Of a DNA stretch of 64,000 bases, positions 24,321-37,372 are shown piece after piece. The translations under genes were made by a program, and so were the position numbers. Numbering within the stretch: the first letter of the stretch is position 1; the number at the start of each line of letters is the position of its first letter. The stretch is taken from the NCBI GenBank assembly GCA_951406725.2, contig OX597824.1, positions 22,568,001 through 22,632,000 on the forward strand, written 5' to 3'. A model generated the notes under the pieces. That model was not told the origin of the DNA. It worked only from the letters and a program-made list of their open reading frames with translations, and did no database searches. The DNA comes from Octopus vulgaris (Eukaryota).

Positions 24321-27019
24321 TAGAGGAATTTACATAAGGAACAATGAGAAAGAATAGTTTAAGAAGGGTGGTATTAATTGAAGTGTTAAGTTGCTAGGCT
24401 GACCTTGTACCTTAAGCTTAATTTTAATTATGTATAATTGTAGTTATAGAGTTACATAGATTTAATAAAATAGGCAAATGACAATTAGAACCTTTGAGGT
24501 TGTGTATATAAGTTGCTAAGGAGGTATATAAGTTAGAATTTGAATTGGAGAAAGAGTTTGCATGTGCACAGTAGTGGTGCTTAAAGAAATCAACAGTGCC
24601 ATTGATATAGACCCTTGATTGGTAGGAACATAGTGTAATAACATGGCACTTGTAGACAGGGCGTTTACACAGACAGAAACCTCCATGAGGGCAGAGTTGA
24701 GATACCTGATGCCAATTGCAAATTTTCCTTCCTGCTCTGCAGCTGGAGTTTACCACCGGGGAGGTCAAATTCTTGTGGTCCGTTATTAGTAAAGAAGAAC
24801 TGGAAGTACAATCGGTATTAGTATTGGATTGGGTGGGGTGTCACAGCTAGTATATGTGGTCAGATGGGTAGTATTGTGGGAAGAAGGTGACGAGCTGGCA
24901 GAAACGTTAGCACGTCGGGCGAAATGCTAAGCAGTATTTCGTCTGCCGCTATGTTGTGAGTTCAAATTCCGCCGAGGTCGACTTTGCCTTTCATCCTTTC
25001 GGGGTTGAGTAAATAAGTACCAGTTACGCACTGGGGTCGATATAATCAACTTAATCCCTTTGTCTGTCCTTGTTTGTCCTCTCTGTGTTTAGCCCCTTGT
25101 GGGTAGTAAAGAAATAAGTATTGTGGGAAGATGCCTGTTTTTATTTAGTTGAGTGGGGTTACTGCGGGTTGTATTAGCACCACTAGGTAGGTTACTTTAG
25201 GGTGGTGTGGGATAAATTGCAGATTCCAAGGACTGATGCTGTAGTTTGGTTCTGTTAGAGGGGGCAGTTATGGATCGCACATTAGGTGTGATAGAATAGG
25301 AGATGTTAACAGATGATCTATTTAAGTTAGGGTAGTATTTACGCTGTGTTGGGAAGTTAGAGTCTAGGATTTTAAAGCAATGTTTTGAAAGTGATTTAAT
25401 TTGGAGGGAGAAAGGTGGTGAGAACCATAGCATCTCCCACCTTCTGTCCTTAGAATGTTTAGAGTGTGTGGTTATATTGGATGAATCTAGATAGGGAGGC
25501 TTAAAGTTATTATAGGTTCAAGGTGGCCAGTGGATCTGTCGAGTATGATGTGCAGGAGAATTTTTTTGAGAATTGATGTTGAGTGGAAGAAAGATCTGTG
25601 GATTTGGGGTTAGTATAATATTAGGAAAATATGTACAATTTTTGTTTAAAGCTTGGTATTAAGGATATAGGAGATCTTTTTTCATGGAAGCCACTTGTCT
25701 GGAGAGCCTGGTTATGATATGGGGCATGACTTTAAAAAATTTCTACATTTGAAGATAAGTTGGAAATTCTGATAGACTGTACTATTAAGAGTAAGTTTAT
25801 GTAAAGCTTTCTTAGTGCATTCTACAGAAGGTTGAGATAATCCAGTTGCTACAATAAGTGCATCATTCCTGTAGAGCCCTCCAAAGAGGTTAGGGAAGTA
25901 TTGCTTAATTTGGGAAAGATGGAATAGGCCAACTAGGTCAGTAACCTGGGCTGAGTCAGATGAGCCCATGTGTATATCGAAGAAATTCATAGATGAGTTG
26001 CAGGTCCAATAATTATCTTTGAAGTTAATTAGAGTTTTCCTTGCAGCCAGGATGATAACAATGTCAGGTCGAGAAATAGGTGCATACTTTCGAGTGAAGA
26101 TTAAAGCTTTATTTAAGAGAAATGATCATACTGAAGAATATTAATTTGAGATGTCAAACTGAAGGAAATGGGCATGCAGTTTATAAGGAAGAGAGTGGAA
26201 CCAAGTGATGACATTACCAGTACAATTCCAAAGTGGAAGCTTAACATTAGTTCTATCTAACAAGGTATAGAATTTGATGGATAATGTATTGACTAATTTG
26301 ACCTAAGTCTGATTTAGTGGGGCAGATCAGTCTAATAGAAGGCTCAGTGGAGAAGTTGGATTTGTAGTCTTTCAGAGTGAAGTAGGTGGGGTATATATGG
26401 TTCAGTTGTATTTAGTAAATTTAGATCAGCAATGAGCTAACAGTAGATGTTGTTAATGTCCTATGTGCATGTTGATAATTTGTATTAAGTTCCTTTGATA
26501 TAAGGTTGGTAAATATTTCCAAGGGAGGGTAGTATAAATTTCCAGTCTTGTCTAAAAAGACTAGGTGTGGTGAACTCGTTATCTTAGATATAATTCTGGA
26601 TAGGTCCTTCTGAAAAGAATTAGATCTATTAGAGAAAATAATGCTTTTTATCATGCTTAGTAAATTTATTTCAAAGTTATCTAGTGCAGGGTTTGGGGTT
26701 GGATTTCTGTGAGACATTTAGGACAAGATTATGAAAATGTTTTGGACTGACAAAGGGCAAAAGCCCATGTCTCATTTTCATGAAACACCACATTTCACAT
26801 ACAAGCATCATACATCATGCCCTTCACTCCACATTCAGCACTCATGTCTCACTCTCCTGTGCCACACTATCTGCCCTTTCTCTGAGTGAGAAACCCTACG
26901 TTGCAAAACAGAGATAACAGTTCCCCCTTAAACATTCCACCCCCTCACCTGCACTCATTATGGCTAATACCTTCAGTGTGGAAACATAAATATAGAAGAG
27001 AGAATGCAGATATACTTAC

Positions 27020-27067
27020 AGTTACATTATAGGTCCCACTGCAGATATTCCTGAAGACAACTCTAGT
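27020..27067 (-). CDS. IL17R-like: IL-17 receptor-like ectodomain exon (48 nt)
   Basis: TCTCTTACAG / GTAAGT, phase 0-0. TRVVFRNICSGTYNVT runs directly into VKPLDPY of the next exon (FnIII F-x-N..G-x-Y-x-V pattern). Confidence 0.85.
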
Positions 27068-27210
27068 CTGTAAGAGATAATAATTCTATTACTATAACAA
27101 TTATAATCATATATTTGCTACAAGGGTAACATAATGAGTTGAAAACAATACAATTCAGACTAAAAAACACAGAATTATACAAAGGAAGATATGTGAAAAG
27201 AGATGTGCAT

Positions 27211-27241
<31 letters not shown>

Positions 27242-27371
27242 GAACATATATATATTTATATATTTTCCAAGGTACATGTCCCAGTAGTCAGGGTGTTGCA
27301 TTGATGATTGCAAGCTTCTGATTTTGATTCCCAGACAGGACAGTGTATAGTGTCCTTGAGCATGTACCTTA

Positions 27372-27399
<28 letters not shown>

Positions 27400-27409
<10 letters not shown>

Positions 27410-27873
27410 TAGAAAAAAAAAACCACCTTTTATCAATTCAATAATGAAAAATTAAATTATACCATTTAGAAAAATTACATATTATAGAAAGATTAAATAT
27501 AAGATAAAATATATAACAATGATTAAGCAATGAGCAAAATAATAAATAAAACGTATATATTTGGTAGAATAACGATATGTGTTTCGTGGCTATATTTAAG
27601 AAATGATAATAGTAGTAGTAAAATCACTTCAATATAAATATAGCCACTCTTCAGGTTAAGGATAACAACAATAATGAAGTAATTAATTAGATAAAGTAAT
27701 AAATATATATAAATATATATAAATATAAATCAGGTGGTGCTATTAAGTTAGACATGGCCTGGACCAATCTCTGGTCGAAACATATCTAAGTTTTATGTAA
27801 ATAATCTCGTAAAATACGAAATATCTTAAATATATTGTTTAAAAAATAAGATACAATTAATTAAAATATTTAA

Positions 27874-27919
<46 letters not shown>

Positions 27920-30256
27920 AAATATACATCAAGTGAAAACTAAACACTATAATTTAAAGTATATACATTAAATTAAATTAATTTATTTATTTAATAAACA
28001 TCTAAATAAAGTCTTATACTCATTAAGTAATTTATATTAAAAACCTTAATGTTAAGTAATATACATAATGTTAGTACAAGCTATAAATATTAGAATTATA
28101 AATAGGAAATGGTTCAAATATATACACACCTATTAGATAAACTAACTATATTATTAATATATATGTAGTATCTATAGATTTAATATTTTACTCAATAATA
28201 TATTTGACCAAAATATCAATTAATATAAAACTGATTTACTAAAATGTAATACTATGTAATAAATAGACCACCTAATTATTAAATCATGTATTGTCTTACA
28301 AAACTAATTCTCAAATTAAATTATAAGTAATACATTAAATCACATTATAAAAATAATAATAAAGTAAAATAAATAAATAGATATACATATCATAACTAAT
28401 AATTATCAAGAAATTATATATAAAATTAATATTTTAACAACGATAATAATAATCAAACTTAATGTAATTCAAAAGTTAAATAATATTGTTAAATAAAAAA
28501 ACGTTACTTAGCTTGTCGATGAAAATAATATAACTGAATTTTAAACGTAAAACGTAGGTCTTAGCGTTTATAAGAAATTAAACTTGTGAAGACGTTGTAT
28601 AAACAAATAGAATAAAATTATCAATGAAATTGACGAAACCTATTTATTAATGAAAAAGACGAAAAATATTTAAGCTTCATGAATTAAAGAAAAATAGAAA
28701 AATGGAATAACGAAAAAGCTATAAATGACTCCACCCGGGAGTACCATTCTATAACCACCCCTCTCTCTCATTTATATGTAGTATACCATGCATACATGTT
28801 GAAATGCATGGTACTAAATTACATATATACAGTTATATATAACCGTACGAGCGTATATTGTTTGATATGTATGTACGTACGTAGGTGTAGATGTATATGT
28901 GTGTATACGTGTGTGTACGTGTTGTGTATGTTAGTGTATAAGTATGTACATGCATGCACATATGAGTATGTGTAAATATATATATGTATTATATATGTAT
29001 GCATGTAAAAATAAAAAATAAAAAAAAGGATAAATAGAATAAAATAATGCAAGTTTGAATTTTAACCATTGTCCCTGAAAAGAGTGTCATATATATGTAT
29101 ATGAATGTGTGTATGTATAAATATATATATATGCATATATATATATGTATGTGTGTGTGTGTGTGTGTATGTATGTAGAGATGGATGAGCGTATATGTGT
29201 GTATACTTTAAGATTATATGTATATCTGTGAGTATGTGTAAGTGTCTATATGATTGTGTGTACTTGTATATTCCTATAAGGTTATATGTGCATATATGAA
29301 TCTAAGACGTATCCATTCACCGTTAGATGGTGGTGAGAGGGACAAACGCAGACACACACACATATATGTGTGTATATATACAACCTTCAACAAGGTAACA
29401 GTCATGTATACAACTTGAACTGACACATATCATTACATAAACATACGTTCACATATACATAATTGTTATTAAATAATATTTCTTTGAATTCGTTATTACA
29501 CAATGAACAATAATTACTCCCTATACAATATGACTTAGCCCTACAAATAATCTCCCAAGTTAATGTATATTTAATAGATCTAGATTTAAGGCCCCAAATA
29601 TATTTACTGAGACCTGTTGAATTTATTAGATTATTATTCCTAAAAGAATACATATGTTGAGATACTCTTGATTTAATTTTATTCGAAGTGGACCCTATAT
29701 AAATAGTGTTTAAATTATGATAATTCAAATTGTTATCATCTATTAAAGTTACCATACACTTATAGACTACATTATCTAAATTACAATTATTATTAAATGT
29801 ACAATAAATTAAATCTTGGTCTTTATTATTATTATTGGAATCAATATTTAATCTATATTTATAGAATTTATTTAATTTAAATGTATTAAATGAAGAAATA
29901 ATATTACCAACATTATTAGTAGTTGAATACCCAACTCCAAAATTATTATTAGAAAATATGTTATAATATTTTTTATTATCCCTAATGAATATTTCAATAA
30001 TATTTAAAATCTCTTTAATAAGATTTGTTTTAACCTGAGCCCCAAAAGGAACGATTAACCATATTTTATTTTTATCTTTTATATTATCATTATTATTATT
30101 ATTATTATATTTTTTGTAATATTATTAAATTTATTACCTTCATTAATTGAATTAAATTTTATCTTATTTTTTTTATTTCTATTTTTTTATTCCAATATTA
30201 ACTGTATGATTTACATCATCAAAATACCTATTATTATTAAAACAATAAATACCTAA

Positions 30257-30260
<4 letters not shown>
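27400..30260 (-). mobile_element. Second, very AT-rich Penelope-like element (linker, GIY-YIG, 3' region)
   Basis: IWLIVPFGAQVKTN..GVGYST..VVYKC..IYIGSTSNKIKSRVSQHMYSF..STGLSKYIWGLK..CSLCNNE; no RT recognised. Confidence 0.8.
27570..27658 (-). ncRNA. Type I hammerhead-like motif
   Basis: Minus strand TAAC-CTGAAGA-(GTGGCTATATTT/AAATATAGCCAC, 12-bp stem II)-GAAAC-ACAT-ATC-GTTA; C-A mismatch in stem III. Confidence 0.7.
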
Positions 30261-30295
<35 letters not shown>

Positions 30296-30349
30296 TATAT
30301 ATATATATATAATGTATTTACACACATATATATATATACATATATTTAT

Positions 30350-32480
30350 GTATGACTCTCTAGTAGTACACATTAAACCAGTGAAACTAGTAATATGCAC
30401 ACCATGAATTGCCCACTAGATGCTCCAAATCATAGGGATTCATTTGAAGAGAGCCTCCAAGAAATGAAAAAAGTACTAACCAGCCTGGATGACAGCCTAC
30501 ACACACTTTTTCTAGGCGATTTCAATCTGCCTTCTGTCAAATGGCCTGAGGGCCACATTCTCTCAGATATGTCACTGCATGGCCGGAGGCATGCAGAATC
30601 TCTGCTTAACCTCATTTACATGTTCTTTGTGGAGCAAACAGTGCTCCACCCAACAAGGCGGAAAAAATGTCTTGGGCCTCTGTTTCACAAACAATACGGT
30701 GCTCATCCATAATGCTGGGGTGACACTGACGATTTTCTCAGATCATAATTTAGTAGGGATCTTTTCGGTTTGACCGGCAGTTTTTAACATAATTTCTAGG
30801 TAACTAAAAAATTTTAAACTTCGTATACTGGTAGAATGAGTTTATAAAACATCTTTTTCTCTTGGCTTTATTGAGAAAATTCTATGGTTTGTAAGATATT
30901 TGTTGTTGTTTTTTCTTCAATTTCTGCAATTTCAATCAACCAATGACGTCTATTGAGGTGAAAACATTCTGTGTCGTATGAATATGTCTCTCGTTTAAGA
31001 AACAGATTGGGTTTATTTACATTTCTGAAGAAAAAAAGATACCCTTCCCCCCACCCCTAACCAACCCTAACTCTAAAACAGATTGAAATGCAATAGATCG
31101 ATACTAGGGTCATAATTATGGGTGACAACTTCATATGACACCGCTAGAAAAAACTGCCGGTCAAACCGAAAAGATCCCTTAGTAGAACTAACAATGTATG
31201 GTCCACAGAAGACTACAGACATGCAGGCTACTAGGAGAACCCAACTACTATCCAGCCTGAACATTCACAAAGCTAGTTGAGAAGGGTATTGAGAAGGAGG
31301 TCATGGAACATAAGTGGTCTGCCAGTCTCTCTACAAAAGACATTCACATAAAGTTACAACACTTTATGACAATCATGCACTAAGTTTGGTCCAGAGAGAA
31401 TGCCAAGCTAGCAGAAAAATATAACACCCAGGAATAGAAGAATTCTAATGAGACAGTAAGCAAAATTCTCAAATCGTCTAAACGGTCCACTAAAGGATGT
31501 TATTTCTTTATTGCCCACAAGAGGCTAAACATAGAGGGGACAAACAAGGACAGACAAAGGGATTAACTAGATTACATCGACCCCAGTGCGTAACTGGTAC
31601 TTAATTTATCGACCCCGAAAAGATAAAAGGCTAAGTCGACCTCGGCGGAATTTGAACTCAGAACGTAACAGCAGACAAAATACTGCTAAGTATTTCGCCC
31701 GGCATGCTAAAATTTCTGCTAGCTCGCCGCCTTATGTCCTATTATTATTATTATTGTATTAAATCTCACAGCTTATATTGCTGGGTATGATGGTACATAT
31801 CTATTTCTTTACTACCCACAAGGGGCTAAACACAGAGAGGACAAACGGGTTAAGTTGATTATATCAACCCCAGTGCATAACTGGTACTTAATTTATCAAC
31901 CCCGAAAAGATAAAAGGCAAAGTCGACCTCGGCGGAATTTGAACTCAGAACGTAACAGCAGACAAAATACTGCTAAGTATTTCGCCCGGCGTGCTAACAT
32001 TTCTGCCAGCTCGCCGCCTTAGAGCCAGCTCGAAACGATCCTACCTCAGACGAACATTGCTCGAGATCAACTCAAATGCTCCCATGAAAAGGAGAAGGCA
32101 GAAAAGGAGGCCAGCGCTGTCAAAAATATTAAGACAAACCTTAAAGCCTTCTATAGATATGCAAAAGAATCTGCTTCAGTATAGTACGAAATAGGGCCAC
32201 TATTTGAAGAAAATGGCTCACCGATTGCAGACTCCCAGAGGAAATACTGAATGTGCAATGCAAGAGGGCTTTCACCACTCCACTGAGACACTTGCAAGTA
32301 ACTGATGAGTTCTTTGGCTGCACAGATCTACACAACAAAATGGCAATTATTGGCAGCATCAACAAAGAGGAAACTGATGTGATATCAGCTATTGATGAGT
32401 TGAGCTCAAACTCAGCAACAGGCCCTGATGGATTCCCAGCAATCCTCCTAAAGAAATGTAAAGGGGCTCTAGCTAGACCA
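30350..32480 (+). mobile_element. Decayed CR1 LINE (APE endonuclease to start of RT)
   Basis: FLGDFNLPSVKW, LCFTN, SDHNLV, KAFYRYAK, SATGPDGFPAILLKKC; interrupted by a MITE and two SINEs. Confidence 0.85.
30756..31178. mobile_element. MITE with ~30-bp perfect TIRs and 6-bp TSD
   Basis: GGGATCTTTTCGGTTTGACCGGCAGTTTTT and its reverse complement; TTAGTA on both sides. Confidence 0.9.
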
Positions 32481-32489
32481 TATATATAT

Positions 32490-33330
32490 ACTTTTTTACT
32501 TGTTTCAGTCATTTGACTGCAACCATGCTGGAGCACCGCCTTTAATCGAGCAACTCGACCCCGAGACTTATTCTTTTGTAAGCCCAGTACTTATTCTATC
32601 GGTCTCTTTTGCCGAACCGCTAAGTAACGGGGACATAAACACACCAGCATCGGTTGTCAAGCAATGCTCGGGGGACAAACACAGACACACAAACACACAC
32701 ACGCATATATATATATACATATATACGACGGGTTTCTTTTCCGTTTCCGTCTACCAAATCCACTCACAAGGCTTTGGTCGGCCCGAGGATATAGCAGAAG
32801 ACACTTGCCCAAGATGCCACGCAGTGGGACTGAACCCGGAACCATGTGGTTGGTTAGCAAGCTACTTACCACACAGCCACTCCTGCACCTATATGTATAC
32901 AGAACTATGCAAAAGTCTTTGGCTACTTTAAACCATTGTAAATTTCAACTAATATAGGCGTAGGAGTGGCTGTGTGGTAAGTAGCTTGCTTACCAACCAC
33001 ATGGTTTCGTGTTCAGTCCCACTGCGTGGCACCTTGAGCAAGTGTCTTCTACTATAGCCTCGGGCCGACCAGAGCCTTGTGAGTGGATTTGGTAGATGGA
33101 AACTGAAAGAAGCCCGTCGTATATATGTGTGTGTGTATGTGTTTGTCTCCCCAACATCGTTTGACAACCGATGCTGGTGTGTTTACGTCCCCGTAACTTG
33201 GCGGTTCGGCAAAAGACACCGATAGAATAAGTACTAGGCTTACAAAGAATAAGTCCTGGGGTCGATTTGCTCGACTAAAGGCGGTGCTCCAGCATGGCCA
33301 CAGTCAAATGACTGAAGCAAGTAATAGAGT
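32490..33330. mobile_element. Head-to-head pair of tRNA-derived SINEs with CR1-type tail
   Basis: Minus copy ~32490-32890 and plus copy ~32957-33330 (GGCGTAGGAGTGGCTGTGTGGTAAG...GGCGGTGCTCCAGCATGGCC..GACTGAA). Other copies near 43245-43685, 44115-44590, 52040-52432, 57405-57845 (-) and 60213-60595, 61975-62382 (+). Confidence 0.9.
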
Positions 33331-34337
33331 AATTGCCAACTTATAGAAGGATGTTACGCATTAACTTTTTTACAGATAGAACATACCTACCTAATCATTA
33401 TATTTTCTAGTAGGGGTTCTGAATGAGAAGGGTAGATGCAAAACCAACACCAAAAATAGCCATGCAAAGGTTTTCGGCCATCTCACATAAACCAATCAAG
33501 ATACATCATCATCATCGCCATCATCATCATTTAGCATCCGCTTTCCATGCTAGCATGGGTTGGACGGTTCAACTGGGGTCTGGGAAGCCAGAAGGCTGCA
33601 CCAGGCCCAGTCTGATCTGGCAATGTTTCTACGGCTGGATGCCCTTCCTAACGCCAACCACTCCATGAGTGTAGTGGGTGCTTTTACGTGCCAGACGAGG
33701 CTGGCAAATGGCCACGATTGGATGGTGCCTTTTACGTGCCACCGAGTGTTTTAAAACAGAAAAATGTCTATAATGAAAATTTTTTACATAATGCTCATTT
33801 CAAGAAGTTATAGTACATTGTTAATATTTTGTGTGGCTTCTTTTAGCTTCAATACACCTGGGAAGAGATGCATACAAGTCCTTCACCATCTTCACAGATA
33901 TGTGGTGATACTGTGAAAATGAGAGACACAGACAGACAGACAGAGAAGAGAGAGGGAGAGACAGACAGACAGACAGAGAAGAGAGAGAGAGAGCGAGAAA
34001 GAGAGATACAAGACAGAGAGAGCAAAAGAAAGAGAAAGTAAGAGGAGAGACCAAGATAGAGAGACAGAGAAAGAGAGGGCAAGAGCAAGATAGAGAAAGA
34101 GGTAGAGAGAGTGAGAAAGAGAGAGAGAGAGAGAAAGAGAGCAAGAGGGAGTTAGAGAAAGAGAGAGCAAGAGAAGGTAAGACCAAAAGAGAGAGAATGA
34201 AAGAAACATTAAAATGTTTTCTGTCACATAAGTCAGCATTAAAACAGCAAAGCCAAAAACGTGCCACCAAAATGGCTCAGTGAAAGTGTCTCATGCTCTC
34301 TTGTGATGCTGTGAAAATAACAGTAGTTTGAAATTAC

Positions 34338-34486
34338 CTGAGATGATGCAACAGATGAATTATAATCAGCTCCCTGTACCCCTACTGTATACTTATTGAA
34401 ATTTGTTTCTCGTGGGGCAGGGTCAAATCGTACTATTAGGCGGCGCCGATTTACATCAAGATCTGCCTGGATGTCAGCTTGCCATT
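34338..34486 (-). CDS. IL17R-like: IL-17 receptor-like ectodomain exon (start of membrane-proximal FnIII-like domain)
   Basis: TTTCTTTACATTTCAG acceptor (phase 1), CAG/GTAATT donor (phase 0). WQADIQADLDVNRRRLIVRFDPAPRETNFNKYTVGVQGADYNSSVASSQ. Confidence 0.85.
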
Positions 34487-35139
34487 CTGAAATGTAAAGA
34501 AAACGGGATTACAGATTTTGTTAGAAACGGAATTCAAGTAAACTAATAAAATAATTTAGAAACTTTATCATTTTTTTGCATCCTTCATCAAAATCTTTAA
34601 AGATTTTGATAAATGATGCAATTAATTAAGATTAAGATTAATGTAAAAAATAAATAACGCTGAAGCAAAGTAACACCAAATATACAGTGCGTGTGTTTTT
34701 ATTGGCTAAACTGGCAAAATGACCATTCCTAAATACAACAATATCTGTTTCAACACATGATTTCACATCAAAAATCTTGCAAAACAAACATTTAAAGAAA
34801 CGGCATTTTGGCCTATATCTTAAGGGCTTAGAATAAATATGTCATATCCCTATGTTTCAAAAGAGATGACCGAAAGGATTGGTATACGAGAGGCCATACA
34901 TGTTTCATTAACATCTACTTTTCCATGCTGGCATGGGCTGGTTGGGATTTGTTAAGGCAGATTTTCTACAGCCAGATGCCCTTCCAGTTGCCAACCCTCA
35001 TTATGAAATCAAAGCAAGATGATAAAACATACAAACGTGTGTGTATATAATATATATATATATAATTTTTTTTTTTTGCTTGTTTCAGCTCAGAGCTGCG
35101 GCCATATAATATATATATATATATATATAATATAATATA

Positions 35140-35908
35140 TCTAAGAGTAAATTTATTCAATAAAATCACCATTGGCTTCAACCACGGCCTCCAGTTGACT
35201 TCAGAATTTCCTACAGCTCTTCTGGACAGTCTCCTTGTTTAAGTTGGTCAATGCTGCCATAATCCTTGCCTTCAGTTCATCTTTGGTGTTACAAGGAGTT
35301 TTGTTGGTCTCTTGTTCAACTGCACCCTACACATAATAATCAAGGGGGTTGCAGTCTGGGGAGTTAGGTGACCAGATGTTAGGGGTGATGTGGTTGCAGA
35401 AATTGTCTGACAGCCATTATTGGGTTCTCCTGCTTGAGAGGCAAGGTACAGAATCCTGTTGCCAGACATAGGGTTTTCCTGCAGTGACTCTCTTCACTCA
35501 GGGCAGTACTACCTCCCCCTAGCGCTTGTAGACTTCCGTACTGAGTTTGAGGCCGTGTGGGAAGATGAATGGAAGCATAACATAGCCATCACTAGTGATC
35601 ACTCCAAACACCATGATGTTGATTGGATTCTTGATCTTTATCACGCTTGGTACATGACCTCAGATTGCACTATCCTCATATTGACATCCAAACACTCTGA
35701 AATGTTCATATTGGAGCTTCAGGCACGAGTACAGCATGCCATTTCCAAATTTCTGGTAGAGTGAATAGCATTATGGTACAGTTTTTTCTCACAAATGGTG
35801 CCCAACTGACCCTACTATACTGTGTAGTCAGCAAAATCAAAAACAAACAATGCACATGCACTAAATTAAAAATACAAGATGGTGACAATTTACTCATTGC
35901 ACCCTATA
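35140..35908 (-). mobile_element. Deleted Tc1/mariner element
   Basis: MVFGVITSDG and WSPNSPDCNPLDYYV remnants; second copy at ~63283-63850. Confidence 0.8.
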
Positions 35909-36631
35909 TATACATACATATCATCATCATCATCATCATCATCGTTTAACGTCCGTTTTCCGCGCTAGCACGGGTTGGACGGTTTCGACCGGGGTCTGGG
36001 GAGCTCGGGACTGCCCCAGGCTCCAGTCTAGTCTGGCAGTGTTTCTACTGCTGGATGCCCTTCCTAACGCCAACCACTCCGCGAGTGTAGTGGGTGTTTT
36101 TTACGTGCCACCTGCACAGGTGCCAGAGGGGTCTGGCATCGGCCACGTTCGGATGGTGCTTTTTATGTGGTGGTGGGGGGGTGCAGAAATATAGGGGAGC
36201 ACCAGTGGGGAGGGGTGGTTCAGAGAAATGATGACAGGTTCTAGGCAAGTAGAACGTAGGATATCGAGAGAGGGGTAATGCATGGTGAAATAGCGTATTG
36301 AAGAGGGGGGTTCGAAGAGTAGACACCTATAATGGTGGTGGGAGAAGCGACATCCGGTATAGATGGAGCAAAATATAGAGATATCCGGCATTGGTGGTGG
36401 GGGTGGGCAGGGCGGGTGCACCGCGAAGATACGAAGTTTGATTTTAGACGAATGAAGATAGATAGATAGATAGATAGAGAAATTAGATAGATAGAGAAAT
36501 TTGATAAATAGTTAGACAGATAGAGAAACATAAATAAATGGTAGCCGAAGTGAAAATTAAGCATTCAACTTATCTGCGCTCAGGACTACAGCTTGTAGAT
36601 GAATGAGAGAGTGAGAGAGAGAGAACATATG

Positions 36632-36695
<64 letters not shown>

Positions 36696-36836
36696 TAAAA
36701 AAATTTATTTATCTAGTTTCAGCTCACTAGCTGTGGCCATGCTGGGGCACCGCCATTTGGTGTTGCTACATGATTACTTCACGAATGCTTTTTAGCAATT
36801 GCCATTTCGTGCATGAGAGAGTTCGATGCAGCTGCC

Positions 36837-36906
<70 letters not shown>

Positions 36907-37065
36907 TTCAAGTCAGTTCTAATGAATTCACTTTAATATGGTACTTAACTTAGATGCACGAGAAAACTATATGGTGTTAACCAAAACAGTAGTGTGGGGT
37001 GATTATAAACGAGAAAAGAAGCAACAATAAATAAATAAATAAATATATATATACATATATATATA

Positions 37066-37253
<188 letters not shown>

Positions 37254-37341
37254 CAAATATATATGTATATATATATATATATATATACTTATATGTATGT
37301 ATATATATGCATATATATATTTATACATATATATACATGTG

Positions 37342-37342
<1 letters not shown>

Positions 37343-37372
<30 letters not shown>

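Larger units (their letters stand above)
21150..26760 (-). mobile_element. Decayed Penelope-like element (RT + GIY-YIG), interrupted by later insertions
   Basis: RT FDIHMGSSDSAQVTDLVGL..GGLYRND (25712-25990); linker LWFSPPFS..NRSSVNISYS (25197-25433); GIY-YIG CPHGGFC..VYKC..YINGT (24424-24768). Degenerate hammerhead at ~21205-21328 (TTGATGA..GAAACAGCTGTT). Confidence 0.85.
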
